DNA of 63,039 nt, counting the filler, from Octopus bimaculoides (lineage: Eukaryota): NCBI RefSeq assembly GCF_001194135.2. It is 8 parts of 8 records of this genome, joined end to end, with 100 filler letters (N's around TTAATTAATTAA, not from the genome) between each part and the next. Parts side by side here need not be neighbours in the genome. Positions count along the whole stretch, not along the records: positions 1 to 22,980 come from NC_068991.1; positions 23,081 to 25,300 come from NC_068987.1; positions 25,401 to 51,288 come from NC_068989.1; 5 more parts are not named here. One strand, given 5' to 3'. Below the pieces are notes generated by a model, which was not told the DNA's origin, made no database searches, and worked only from the letters and a program-made list of their open reading frames with translations. The position numbers and the translations under genes are program-made. How positions within the stretch are numbered: the first letter of the stretch is position 1; every line of letters begins with the position of its first letter. Below are positions 22,653 to 35,879 of this stretch, in pieces.

Positions 22653-22980
22653 TCACAGAGGAGTTCAAGACAGGTTGCCCCTGGGAGCTCCTCTATGCTG
22701 ATGACCTTGCCCTAATTGCGGAGTCACTATCAGAACTAGAGGAGAAGTTTCAGGTGTGGAAGCAAGGTCTAGAATTGAAGGGCCTTAGAGTCAACCTAGC
22801 TAAAACCAAAATCCTAATAAGTAGGAAGGTAGATAAAACACAAACCCCTTCAGGTAGATGGCCCTGCTCAGTATGTAGAAAAGGAGTAGGTAGTAACTCT
22901 ATAAGATGTACCCGGTGCAAGCTATGGACACATAAGAGGTGCAGCAACATCAAAGGCAGGTTAACTAGCAAGTTAGTTTT
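22653..22980 (+). mobile_element. RTE LINE RT fragment with an embedded PHD-like Cys/His finger
   Basis: ITEEFKTGCPWELLYADDLALIAES...GLRVNLAKTK followed by WPCSVCRKGVGSNSIRCTRCKLWTHKRCS. The frame is open up to the gap. Confidence 0.9.
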
Positions 22981-23080
22981 NNNNNNNNNNNNNNNNNNNN
23001 NNNNNNNNNNNNNNNNNNNNNNNNTTAATTAATTAANNNNNNNNNNNNNNNNNNNNNNNNNNNNNNNNNNNNNNNNNNNN
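22981..23080. other. Artificial scaffold spacer 44N-TTAATTAATTAA-44N; also at 25301, 51289, 54926, 56932, 59171 and 61862
   Basis: Identical 100-nt layout seven times; the palindromic 12-mer places TAA in all six frames. Confidence 0.95.
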
Positions 23081-24142
23081 ATATATATATATATATATAT
23101 ATATACATACGCACATATCTATATACATACATAGATATATACATATATATATATGCAGAATACAATACATATATGATAGTACGTGTGTGCGTATATGTAT
23201 GGTTTTGTGTGCGTGTGTGTACTTGCCTATGTATCAATGTCCTCTATTTGTCCAAGTGTTTGGGTGTTGATACGTGGATATAAAAGTGTGCTTATGTGTA
23301 TGTGTGTGTGTGTGTGTGCGTGTGTGTGTGCGTGCGTATGTTGGTTATCCATCACGAACTAATACAACGATAATATGTGTTATTTCTTAGATGCATTGAA
23401 TAAGTTTCAACATGTTTCAACGGGTTTTGCTGCTTCCATTCCCCATTTAATTCTGATGAAAATAATGGCTTTAGTTTTCGTGAATCTTTCCTCAGATATA
23501 ACTTGCTCGTTTGTCTATTCATGCTCCCGTTGTGTTTAGAAGCCATAACCTCCCTTATAAATCTGAAATTCCACAAAGCATTATCTTCTACCAATTATTT
23601 TCATGCTCCGAACTGAATTCAGGATTCAAAGCCTTCTGTACAGTTGTTTTGAAGAAAATATTCTGTCCACCTAATAGTGTGAATTCCCCAACATAATTCC
23701 AAATTCACAGCTTGCTTACTTAAGCACAATTATTACAGAGCCTTCACAGAAAGTATGCATGCATAATGTGTTGCCTCTACGCCCCGGGACTATATTGTTC
23801 AGCACCTTCATTCAGCCAACGTGTTGAAGATCTTTTCGACATAATCTACGAGTCACATACAAACCGTGAACATTCATTTGAATTTTTTTCTGTACAAGAG
23901 ACGCAGCAATCATAATCTCTGCAGAATTCTTCGTACTGTCAGCATCAACTCTTCACGCCAAATTCGAATGCAAAATAGTTAATTTTTATGTGTAGAAGTA
24001 GCTCTAGTAGTGATAACCCAGTTATGTGACTACAATTTCTTGCTAGTCACTACGTGAATTCTTCCGGTGGGTAATTCCGTGTACGCTTCGCCGGACGGTA
24101 AAAATTGTCTGAAGTATATATCATTATTAATAATAAAGACAA

Positions 24143-24342
24143 GGCGGCGAGCTGGCAGAGTCGTTAGCGCGCTGAACGAAATGGTTAGCGATAATTCGTC
24201 TGTCTTTACGTTCGGAGTTCAAGGTCGACTTTGTCTTTTATCCTTTTGGGGTCGATAAATTAAGAACCAGTAAAACACTGGGGACGATGTAATTGACTAC
24301 TCCCATTCACAAAATTTTCAGACTCTGTCTATACTAGAAATG
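24143..24342 (+). mobile_element. tRNA-derived SINE, family B, with target-site duplication
   Basis: Head GGCGGCGAGCTGGCAGAGTCGTTAGC...GGAGTTCAAG. The flanking direct repeat ATTATTAATAATAAAGA occurs at 24123-24139 and 24343-24359. Confidence 0.8.
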
Positions 24343-24475
24343 ATTATTAATAATAAAGAGTACGGAGACTTGTATAACCAAAAAAATCCTTTTATAGTTA
24401 TATACAACATAATAACGCATTTTGAAACGTTGTCAATGGAAAAGTTACGTTCCAAGATTAGTCCATGTTTTTAGT

Positions 24476-25256
24476 GACGATGATTCAGACCGAAGAGTGC
24501 TGTACTGCGAATAGTGCTTGGCACGTTGTGTAGAAGATGCAGCTTTTCCAACCAAGATTGTATTGAGTGATGAGACCAATGGTTCAATTAATCGCCACAA
24601 TTGCACCTACTGGTGACCTGAGAATCCGTATGTTATGGTGGAACACCATGTTAATTTACCAGGAGTTACAGTGTGGGTGGCTTATCGTCAAGAGGATTAA
24701 TTGGACCATTCTTTTTTGACGCTACTGTGATTGGTCCCGTTTACTTGAACTTGCTGCAACAGTCTGTCATACCTAACATTAGAGAAGAATTTGAAGATGA
24801 GGAGTTTTATTTTCAGGAAGATGGGGCACCCCCATACTGCCATTGCGATATTAGATCCTTCCTTGATAAGATCTTGCCAAACATGTGGATTGGATGAAGG
24901 GATTTTGTTGAATACCGTCCACATTCACCAGACCTCACACCACTATGCTTTTTTATACGGGGGAACCTAAAAGACGAAGTCTACGCTATGAAACCTGCAA
25001 CAGTCACTGATTTAAGAGCAGCCATTGAACAAAAATGCACACAAATACAAGAGGATTTTTTTCGTGATGTTTGAGATTCCATTGCTTTGCGTTGTCAGTA
25101 GTACCTGGACCAGAACTGACTTCAGTTTGAAAACAGGCGTTGACAAAACAATAAAATAATGTGTGTAGATTCTATTAAATTTTGAAAATGAAATGTATTT
25201 TAATAAGCACCTACTTTACAATTATTTAAAGTGTGTATACATGTTTTGGAGACACC

Positions 25257-25259
<3 letters not shown>
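24476..25259 (+). mobile_element. Tc1/mariner-superfamily DD41D (rosa/Visitor-type) transposase relic with right TIR
   Basis: DDSDRRV...[32 protein letters not shown]...SPDLTPL(C) with 41 residues between the second D and the third catalytic position. Ends ...GGAGACACCCTG|TA into (TA)n. Confidence 0.85.
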
Positions 25260-25300
<41 letters not shown>

Positions 25301-25400
25301 NNNNNNNNNNNNNNNNNNNNNNNNNNNNNNNNNNNNNNNNNNNNTTAATTAATTAANNNNNNNNNNNNNNNNNNNNNNNNNNNNNNNNNNNNNNNNNNNN

Positions 25401-25445
<45 letters not shown>

Positions 25446-25799
25446 AAGAAAATAAGAAATCTTCATTAGTGTTACCTGTTTAAAAAATGCTTTCGACATG
25501 ACTTCAGTGATACTAAAAATTCCACAAGCAATTTCTAATGCCTAGTTACTTTCACCAGCCCTGTACAAAAATACATACATACACACACGCATGTGGATAC
25601 ATAGTTTTGTACATGAGTGCCAATACTATCATGTGGCACATTTCGACAAAGTGTGAAGATCACTTCACATAACACCATTGGTAGCTTGTGAAAACACAAA
25701 GAATATCTCTTCCCCAATTCGGTGCTGAACACTGAGTCTCACCTTTCGATAAATACACACATACACGTATATATACATATATATATACTTACCTATACG

Positions 25800-25839
<40 letters not shown>

Positions 25840-26521
25840 CACACACGCACATGCACACACGCACACACACACACACACACATATATATATACATATATAT
25901 ATATAAATNNNNNNNNNNNNNNNNNNNNNNNNNNNNNNNNNNNNNNNNNNNNNNNNNNNNNNNNNNNNNNNNNNNNNNNNNNNNNNNNNNNNNNNNNNNN
26001 NNNNNNNNNNNNNNNNNNNNNNNNNNNNNNNNNNNNNNNNNNNNNNNNNNNNNNNNNNNNNNNNNNNNNNNNNNNNNNNNNNNNNNNNNNNNNNNNNNNN
26101 NNNNNNNNNNNNNNNNNNNNNNNNNNNNNNNNNNNNNNNNNNNNNNNNNNNNNNNNNNNNNNNNNNNNNNNNNNNNNNNNNNNNNNNNNNNNNNNNNNNN
26201 NNNNNNNNNNNNNNNNNNNNNNNNNNNNNNNATATATATATATATATATATATATAAAACTGTTTTTAATGTTCCTCTCCATTGCACTTCAATTTATCTA
26301 GTGTTTTCTAATATATATTAACAATGAAAATTTACCATCCAAGTACAATACTAATTAATATACAAAGGTTACATTTTAATATTGTACGAAACACACGATA
26401 ATCAAACATATTGCTTGGTGCATTTGTAAATAGCATAAGCCTTGTATAGGAAGATGTAATGAGATGTATAGTTATATAACGAGAGAGTAAACCAGTTATA
26501 TAGGTTACTAGATTGATAGAG

Positions 26522-26568
26522 AGAGAGGGGAGAGAGAGAGAGGGAGAGAGAGATAAGTAGATAGATGA

Positions 26569-26630
<62 letters not shown>
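26522..26630. repeat. (AG)n/(AGAT)n microsatellite. Similar compound tracts lie at about 27295-27335, 35750-35880, 37165-37270, 37360-37455, 41985-42122, 42230-42380, 46400-46540, 56233-56286 [(TAT)n] and 59760-59855
   Basis: Read directly from the sequence. Confidence 0.95.
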
Positions 26631-27291
26631 CAAAGAACACAGCGGCTTAATTATCTCGTTCCAATCTCACATCAAATAATCTTTCTCCTTAAATTACTGC
26701 ACCAAAGATGGAATGAAATATTTATCATCCTATTACATTATAATTTCCGTATACAAGCTTATTAATTTGTTTTTATTCAGAGCAGTTTTCGGTTGGCAAA
26801 GCTGTAATGAAAACATAAACCAATTACCTTTTAATGCCTTGAAGATAAATTATTACATTTTCTCTAATATGTTTTATATAAATAGAAACAGGGGGCGGCT
26901 AAGTATACATACATACATACATAAACACGCGAATGCACGCCAATACATTAATACATGCATACATACATGAATATATTTTCCCGTATATTTTCTGTTGTAT
27001 ACATACCTTTTTTTAATCATGAGCAACGTTTCAAATGAAAGTTATGAGTCAATCAATCATTAGAATATTCAACTGACCTTAGGGAAAAATACTACTTTGT
27101 ATGTTTTAATATGTTAGATAACCCAGTTCAACACCTGGACCTAATGAGTTTTTAACAAAACGCCTAAAACGGACTTAAGTAAAAAGCTTACACATACTTT
27201 TCTTATCGACAATCTTAAGAGGTCTTAAAGCAGGGCATAAATATCTACTAAATGAACAAATTAATGCAAATTGTCATGCTGATTTACAAAT

Positions 27292-27332
<41 letters not shown>

Positions 27333-30300
27333 CAGATAATACTGACACACACACATATAAACTCATACGCACCTACGTACCTATGCACCTACGTACCTAC
27401 GCCCATACATACGTGTTGAAATTTCAATGAAGGAGCCTTGGATCTAAGTTAGAGACCGGTTCTTTTTCTATAGGGAAGAAGTCTCGAAATAAAATGAATA
27501 ATGACGTACATATAGACTTGACCAAAAATATTAGGCCACCCCAATGTTTTGGGGTTTTTCTATCTCAATGTTAATGAAACTCGTGCACATGAGATAGCAG
27601 AACCCTAAAACATATTTATAAAAGAGTTTCTTCGTTAGAATCACAACATGGAAGCATGTAAAACTGTCAGATTACTGGAATTTCACAAACAGTTGTTTCA
27701 GCGTATTGTAAATTCAATGTGGTTTGCTAGGAACAGTCAATTGTATACTTTCTCTACTAGTGAAAAACATTTGCATGACTCCAGGGATATTTCAAGCGGA
27801 AATTAAGTATTGGAAGACGTTGTTTTGAACTCCAAATTGCTTGTAACACATTTATTTCAAAAGATGGTGATGGTTGATTGTCTCGGCTTGAATATATAAT
27901 TAGTAAATATATATATATATATTTTTTTATGATTGACAGGCAAACCTTCATTGGGGATATTGGAAAGAAATAAAGAAAGGAAATGATGACTTTAATGTAT
28001 TTAATCTGCATTTCCATAGTTTCAGCTGCTGAATTCACTTAATATACATATTATTTGTTATATTGCAACCGCGTCGCCTACTCCGGGGAGATGTCTAGTC
28101 GATTGTCGAACCTCAGGCATCGACTGCGATTTAAGTCACGTATTGCAATATATTACACATATTTCAAAACTGCCATTAGAAATATTTTAATTCTGGCGGT
28201 AAATAGACTTGATTAAATAATAGATCAACTGATGCAGCCATTCTTCTACATAAATAAATATTATGAGCATACAATGATGCAACATAAACTGGAGAAAAGA
28301 CGTTAAATAATGATCTTTGTTGAAGCATGCTACATAATCTAACAAGATGCAATATAAATTATTAGCTGAGAAGGCAAATTTATATATACAAATATAAATT
28401 GATAGCAACTCGTTCAGGTAATAATTCATACTGTGATATTTTTACTTCTAACAATTTTGTGAATAATACCATCGAATAAATAAGATTTATAGGAAGTTTT
28501 GTTAGAATAAAATATTAAAAGTAAATATTTATAACTACCGAAATTTATCTTAAATTATATTCAAACGCTTTATAATCAATGAATATTCAAATATTCTTAA
28601 GTTACACAAGAATATAATTCGAAGTATATCAAGATTTTGTTTATCTTCATGAGGCATTAAATATATGACATCAATGCGTTTAGAAATGTACAGAAATTTT
28701 GTAAATATTATCTTAACAATAAATGCTGGAAACAGACATGCAGCAATTAACATGGTTCTGATGAGTTAATATAGCGATATGGTTTCAAATATTTGCTCCA
28801 GCTATTTTATATCTACCACTTCGAGGACTACAAAAGCACCTAAAAGAATCAGTGAAAGCATTGCACATGCTATGAAATGATCCTCGCTTGCCTGTGATGG
28901 CTACGGGGTTTTACTTATTACTTAACATGAACTTTTGCGCACATCTACTCACACATTTTCAAAAACCAATATCCTCTGTGCTTCCAATGTAAAACTGTCC
29001 TATATATAGCACATGCCTGATAGCTTACGCCTACTTATAAAACAAAAGCACAGTCAAGTTGTATTAAATGACTTTCGATTATTCGTTATTGTATATGGCT
29101 TCTATCTAACCGGTATTTCAAATTAACTTACATGGTAGAATTTTGTAATAGTTTTCTATGCGTAAATTATACAAAGCAAAATTGAAAATAGAAAGAACGC
29201 GTTTATATTCACCACTTGCAATCTGCAAACAGTGAACTAATGTAGAGCATTGACCTGCTATTCATTTATCTGTGATATAACAGTGATTTATTGTGCTACG
29301 AATAAAGCAACTGTATATCATCACCTGCTACAACGCTTCTCAGCATGGGATACCCGTACAACTCGAGGGAGAAAAATGACACTACATGAGAACGAGGTTA
29401 CATTCTATGAGGTTGCGTCAAAGAGGGAAAGTATATACTCTATTGAAATCACGTTTGAATATTAAATTATCAATACACTCTTTAAGATATTGCTGTACAC
29501 CACAGACTTTATTAATCCACACATTCAATGCTGTTCAATTTTTTAGAGATAAATTCGTTATGAGAAAACTGACCTTTTCATTTTCAAATGTGTGTTTAGG
29601 GCCGCGAAACTTAATCAACATTTCCTAGGCATATATAAAGATTAGGGATCCAATGTAACATAGAGCCAGAAATCATGATGGTTGTAGCCTTTTTTATTGG
29701 GTTTGTTGCTGTTGCTGTGCAGATCCAGATCAGAACGGACCTAAATGATATATAATCAAGAATCAACCAAATCGTATTAGAGGTATGAGTGTCTCCTGAA
29801 TCCTGTTTTTACTTCTTTTCGCAAGACAGTCAAGCTTGTTTCTTGGAACTTTGCTACTCTTTCTTTTACGTAATAAACACATAAACACTTCCACGTTAAT
29901 TATGCTGTTACTGATTCTATTGTTATTGTTAATTGGTGATGATGCTGCTCGTTGTATTAATGTTGGTGAGGACGGTTGTGCTCCTAGATAGTAGAGATGA
30001 CTTGAAATGTTGATTGTGGTGATGTTACCGGTTCTGCAATGGAGCTAGTGAGGGTGATGATGTTGTTGTCGTATATGTTTGAATCTAGGAATATGTCTGA
30101 TTCAGCCCACATACGAGCAAAAGCATGTTACTCTGAATTTTTGATTTGTTCCTCGATGCGTAATGTATAATGGTTTATATATCTATATATCATGCTTAAA
30201 GAAGAATATTGATGATAGTGACTTCGAAGTTTCGGCCAGCTAAGCTATCGTTTGAATCTGATGCATTGAAGTTAATCTTGGCGTTATATATTCTCTTTTG

Positions 30301-30739
30301 AGAAACATTTTCTTTGAAAATTTGTCGGTTTGACTTGTGTGGTTAATTAGTTTGCAGGGTGGGTTGGAGAAATTTTGCAGGGTGTTTGGAGAAATTGTTA
30401 TTGATCAAATTTGAGGTTATATTAATGTTTAGAATGTTTTCAAGCATGTAGAACTTTGTAAACAGGTGTGTATATTTAGGGGAGCCTGCTTCAACTGATA
30501 GGATTATTTCTTAGTGATTTACAAAAAAGAATGTAGGTAGGTATAGGAAGTTTTAATCAGAGGATGTGAAACTGTAATTTAATATAAAAAATTGATTTCA
30601 ACGTTTAAAATATTAAATTCTAAGTCATTTGCTCCACAAAAGTATACAGTACTCCTTCACATTAATGTAAAATTTGTTTTCATTATAACGGATGCACACA
30701 CGCACACACACACACACACACATACATACACACACACAT

Positions 30740-30770
<31 letters not shown>

Positions 30771-30788
30771 CATACACACACACATATA

Positions 30789-31140
30789 TATCCGTCTCTT
30801 CGTTGCTGCGGTGGAGTCTGTGTTGTTGTACGAGTGTGAGACTTGGACACTGATCAAGAAACTCACTCACATGGTGGATGGGTGCTACACGAGAATGCTG
30901 AGGATGGCTCTGAATATTAATCAGTATGCACTGAGGATGAATATCTCAGAGTTGTAGGAGATCCTCCAAATAGTTAGCACGGAAATAGCACAGAAGAAAT
31001 TGAAGTTAGCTGGACATGCTTACCATCATTCAGAGTTGATACTGCACCCAGTGATCCTATGGGAGACCCTACGCGGACACACTAGAATAGGGAGAACGAG
31101 AATAAAATATGTTGGTGCCCTAAGGATAGACACTGGTCTT
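30789..31140 (+). mobile_element. RTE-clade (possibly RTEX-like) LINE RT C-terminal fragment
   Basis: IRLFVAAVESVLLYECETWTL...DGCYTRMLRMALNI...LKLAGHAYHH...ILWET...GRTRIKY...DTGL. Confidence 0.8.
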
Positions 31141-32349
31141 TGGGGGGGGGGGCATGGCAGCGATGATGAGAGACAAAGCCCGCTGACGAGAACTCGTCCA
31201 TGGATCTCGGCAGTTTTACCCACCCTATATATATAGGGCAATGGAACTGAATCCGAAACGACGTGATTGCATGAGATTCTTAAACACACACCCATGCCTG
31301 TATTCGTAAAAATAATTCTATAAATTTCGGAGATATCAAAAGCTTCCATGCTATCCGTAGATATTGATGTTTAGAGCCAAGAACTTTTCCTCGGAGATAC
31401 AAATTTAAACTATTTAGGGCATCACCAAAGAAACAGTTTGTTATTTGACTAAGAACTCACACCTACCTATAACATACAAATTTATCTAAATTTGTAAACC
31501 AAATATCCTGAACCTTTGAAGTCTATGACTGCACCTTCTTTCTCACTAACGTTGCACCGACTGTTTATTTCATTTAATTTCTATAAATACCACCCTTTCA
31601 TTTCCCTGCAGAAATACTGGTATCTGCAGCTTCGTGAACCACTAAAATATAAAGATTAAAACTGAACGTTACTTCATGAAACAGGAGTTATCATCATTAT
31701 TTCTACAGTGTTTCAGGATAAAAAAATAAACGCTTGTTTATAGCATCACTCAGATTCTATTCTCACATCAGATTAAAATAACATTAGATAATAGGATATA
31801 GCGTTGTTTCTCTTCAAAAGTGTTGTTTGATTTTTAAAAATTGCATCAGATTTCAGAGGATGGTTATATTTAAACGTGAATTTAAACACACTTTGAAATT
31901 TCAAAACATTTGCTTACTAGGTATATCAGATGACTTTACAATTTTTGTAAGTGGCAAAGATATTTGTTTTAGAATCTTGACTTATTCTTTTTTGCTAAAA
32001 CTCTGAGCCGAACCGATGTTTACTTTAGAAGAGTTAATTAGAGATATCTTGTTAAAATTGTAAAAATAAAATCATTTTCAAGATCTTTGCATCTATTTTT
32101 CTCGACAGTTATATACAAATACATATGACTTTGTGTGTGCATGCGTGTGTTTGTATTCATTATACATATATGCACATTATATATATACACACACACACGC
32201 ACGCACACACACACACACATACACACACACACACATATATATTTATATATATATATATATATATATTATACATTATATATTACAAAGAGAGAGAAATACA
32301 TATGTATATGTATGATTTTGTTTCTATACATGTATATGTNNNNNNNNNN

Positions 32350-32393
<44 letters not shown>

Positions 32394-32677
32394 TGTGTTT
32401 GTGTGTGTGTGTGTGTATTATATATACATACATTACGTAAAGAGAAAGAGAGAAATACATATGGATATGTTTGTTTTTGTATCTATTCAAGTATATATAC
32501 ACACACATATAACGTGATTGTGCAATAAGATGTGTCTGTGTATGGATGCTATCTATTCATGGTTGGACGGATGCAGATAGATAGACACTTACAGCCACAA
32601 ATTTATATACGAAGAGATAAAGATAAGGAGAAAACCGTAGTTGCTAAGTAGATTGGTATGATTAAATACATAGATCT

Positions 32678-32940
32678 TGTTGTGCTGAGAGTTACGATGC
32701 CCCCTTGAAGAAATAGACTGGCCCGAATAATGTACAAATGGTAACGAACCGAGTGAGTTCGAGGTTCAGAGTTCGGAGTCGAGTGAAGTTTGTGTTAGTT
32801 CGCAGTGAAGTCTGAATGGGTTGGTTTAGTTCACAAGGAATATTGATTGTTTTTCGTAAAGAGATTTGTTAGTTCATTACATTGTTTTTACTGTTGTCTT
32901 GTTATCTTATTTATTGTACGTAAGAAATTACGTTACAACA
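32678..32940 (+). repeat. 5' LTR of the Gypsy element
   Basis: Bounded by TGTTGT...ACAACA and followed directly by a PBS. Confidence 0.75.
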
Positions 32941-32942
32941 TC

Positions 32943-32951
32943 TGGCGACGA
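32943..32951 (+). promoter_or_regulatory. Primer-binding site TGGCGACGA
   Basis: Lies 2 nt after the LTR end and starts with TGG (complement of tRNA CCA). Its last A is the first base of the gag ATG (32951). Confidence 0.75.
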
Positions 32952-35747
32952 TGGCTTCAAAGTTGACGTAAGTTGCTGAACAATTTGTTTGTGATACACC
33001 TTGTTCGATAATGGAATACCTATTAGCTTCCATAGTACAGTTGCAAAAGCAACAAGATCAGGAACAGGAGTTATAAAAGCAGCTATTACTGCAAGCACTA
33101 CAACAACAACAATTATTGGAGCTATATTCCATGAAGTCCAAAAGTGAGGCAAGTCTGTTTTCGCCAGACGGTGTTTCGAACACGAGTAATGAATTCACTT
33201 ATAACCCAGAGAAGGATATAACATTTGCATCCTACTACAAAATGTACGAAGAGATTTTTAAGCAAGATTACAAATCATGGACGGACGGGCGGACGAACAA
33301 AAAGTGTGATAGTTACTGCGAAAATTACCTAATGTCACATTTCGATGGAAAACATGCATGGCAAGAGTCTTCGTCGTCAAAAATGAAACCGATCTGTTTG
33401 GTACCGATTGGTTAGAATTATTCGATTTATGGGACCTCCTCATAAAACTCTATTGTAAAAATGTAAATGGTTGTCCCTTTAAAAATAATTCGTCTGGAGA
33501 GTTAAAGAGAAATTTTTTTTTTTAATGTTTCCGCAAGTACTTCCGGACAAACTACGCCCATACTCAATGACTGAAGCGTATTTTGAATTCGATGACAACA
33601 ATACACATGTGTGCAAGCCTACATGGAGAGTGTCTTTTGCGGCAATAAAGCAAGTGGACGATGAGTTGGACAGACTGGAGAAAAATTGAATAATTGAAAA
33701 TTGGATTACGCGAAATGAGCAGCTCCGACTGTACGCATAAAAAAAGAAACTAAAAAAATTAGGCTGTGTGCCGATTTTTCGACCGGTTTAAATGACTGTT
33801 TAAAAATGAACCATTATCCAAAACTAAAGGGAGGAAAAAAATTTTCAAAAATCGATCTGTCTCACGCATATCTACAAATCAAAGTAGATTAAAAAATCCT
33901 CAAAACTGTCAACGGTTAACACGCACAGAGGTATATGCAAATACAACAGACTACCTTTTGGACTGAAGGTAGCACCTGAAATATTTCAACAGGTGATGGA
34001 CGCGATGTTACCAAATTGTCAGTTTTCTGTTCCTTAATTTGATGACATGTTAATCAAAAACAAATCGCAGAATGAGCATATCAAACACGTGCAGTGTGTT
34101 TTTAAAACATTTAAGAATTATGGTTTCGCATTCAGTGAAGAGAAATGTGATTTTTTAAAAATGTTTGCCTAAAATCAAATACTTAGGTCAAATCATAAAT
34201 AAGAATGGAAGATGTTCTGACCCGTCGAGAGCAGACGCAATCAAGAATATACCTCCCCCAACGAATATACCGATATTACATGTTTTCTTTGGCCTAGTAA
34301 ATTACAATTAACAGTACATTCCAAATATACATAAATTGAGAGCGCCATTAAAGGATTTACTAAAAAAAGAAATAAAATGGAATTGGTCAGCAAAGTGCCA
34401 AAACGCATTTGAAGACATAAAGAAAATACTAATATCTGGCTTGTCACTAGCACATTTCGATGCTAGAATGGAATAGGAGCAGTCTTGCTACACGAGTATA
34501 AAGATGGAAATATGAAACAAGTACTTCATGCCTTACGTTCGCTTATAGCAGCGAAAAAAAAAGTATAGTCAGATACAGAAGGAGGCTCTATTGATTATTT
34601 TTGAAGAAAAATTTTCTTAAATTTCTACAAGGTCGAAGTATTTTGTTACAGACAGACCGCCGACCATTATTATCAATTTTTGGATTAAAGGGATTGCTTA
34701 CCCATAGAAGGAACCGACTGCAACGATGGGGTACAATATTCTTGAAATACAATTTTAAGACGCAGTATATTCCGTTGAGCAAAATTGGCCATGCAGACTG
34801 CATATCGAGGCTAATTCCCAAAAGCGTGGAACCTATAGAAGAGACCATGATAGCGTCATTGCAGTCAGAAAAATGAAGTAAGAAGCATTTTGTGTAATGT
34901 AATCCAAGAACTGCCGGTGACAGCGCATGCTATTAAAATGATATCCGTAGAGGATAATTACATTACAAGAATGAAAGAAACATTGAAAAATAAGCTTAAT
35001 AACAATACAAATTCAAATAATTACTCACTTTTCGAAGATGTCAACCAGTTAACGATGCTTATTATCTCATCATTGTGGATATCTATAGAAAGTGGCCAGA
35101 AATATGCAGATGTAATAAACCCACAGCAAAGACAACAATAAAGTTCCTATTCGAGTTATTTGCTCGATACAGTGTGCTCCAGACACGTTAGTTTCAGATA
35201 ATGGAAAACAATTCACAGGATATGAATAAAGAAATTCCGGCAAAATACATACCATAGAGAAAATCTTTACACCGCCATAACACCCAAGGTCAAATTGGCT
35301 GCCTGAAAGATTGGCCGACACCTTCAGAAGAGCTCTAATAAAAGTTAGGAATGAACTAGATAATGACGAGGTAGTAACGACATTTTTGAAAGTATGTAAA
35401 ATAACGCCAAACCCAAATACTAATACAAATAAGTCATCAGCAGAGGTAATGTTCACGCGTAAAATAAAATCGATCTTCGATAATTTATTACCAAGAGAAT
35501 ATACATATAAAGGAAGGTAAAAAGAATACATCTGAAGGAGTTACAAGAAATATTACACAATATTTCGAAGTAGGAAATTAAGTTCATCTTTAAAAAATTT
35601 ACCAAAAACGGTAAAGAAGGTTGGGAGGATGGCTGTGTAATCCAAAGAATAGGTAACACGATGTTTTTAATTAAAGGACAACGGTCGGAGCATAAGAGAC
35701 ACCTTAATCAGTTAAAGATGAGACATACAGAAGAACGAAGGGTAATA

Positions 35748-35787
<40 letters not shown>

Positions 35788-35820
35788 TATATAGATATAG
35801 ATATAGATATAGATATAGAT

Positions 35821-35879
<59 letters not shown>

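Larger units (their letters stand above)
32678..35750 (+). mobile_element. Gypsy/Ty3 LTR retrotransposon (Mag-like), degenerate and internally deleted, 3' LTR not seen
   Basis: Gag (FTYNPEKDITFASYY), RT (IRLCADFSTGLN, SKIDLSHAYLQI, RLPFGLKVAPEIFQQVMD, FDDMLI), RNase H (YSQIQKEAL, QTDRRPLLSIFG, RLQRW, HADCISRL) and integrase (SDNGKQF, HPRSN..ER), in RT-RH-IN order. Confidence 0.92.

Noticed and set aside
21806-22658. Apparent TGT...ACA solo LTR
   Set aside because: The terminal ATCACA belongs to the RTE frame (ITEEF) and there is no TSD.
23025-23036. TTAATTAATTAA recurring seven times, superficially like a regularly conserved motif or CRISPR-type repeat
   Set aside because: Always centred in exactly 44+44 Ns and gives stops in all six frames, so it is an artificial gap filler.
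23340-24110. Possible decayed mariner-like transposase on the minus strand
   Set aside because: I could not recover catalytic motifs or TIRs.
27757-28753. Hydrophobic short ORFs suggesting a GPCR or chemoreceptor pseudogene
   Set aside because: Hydrophobic residues are expected from AT-rich codons, and no family motif was found.
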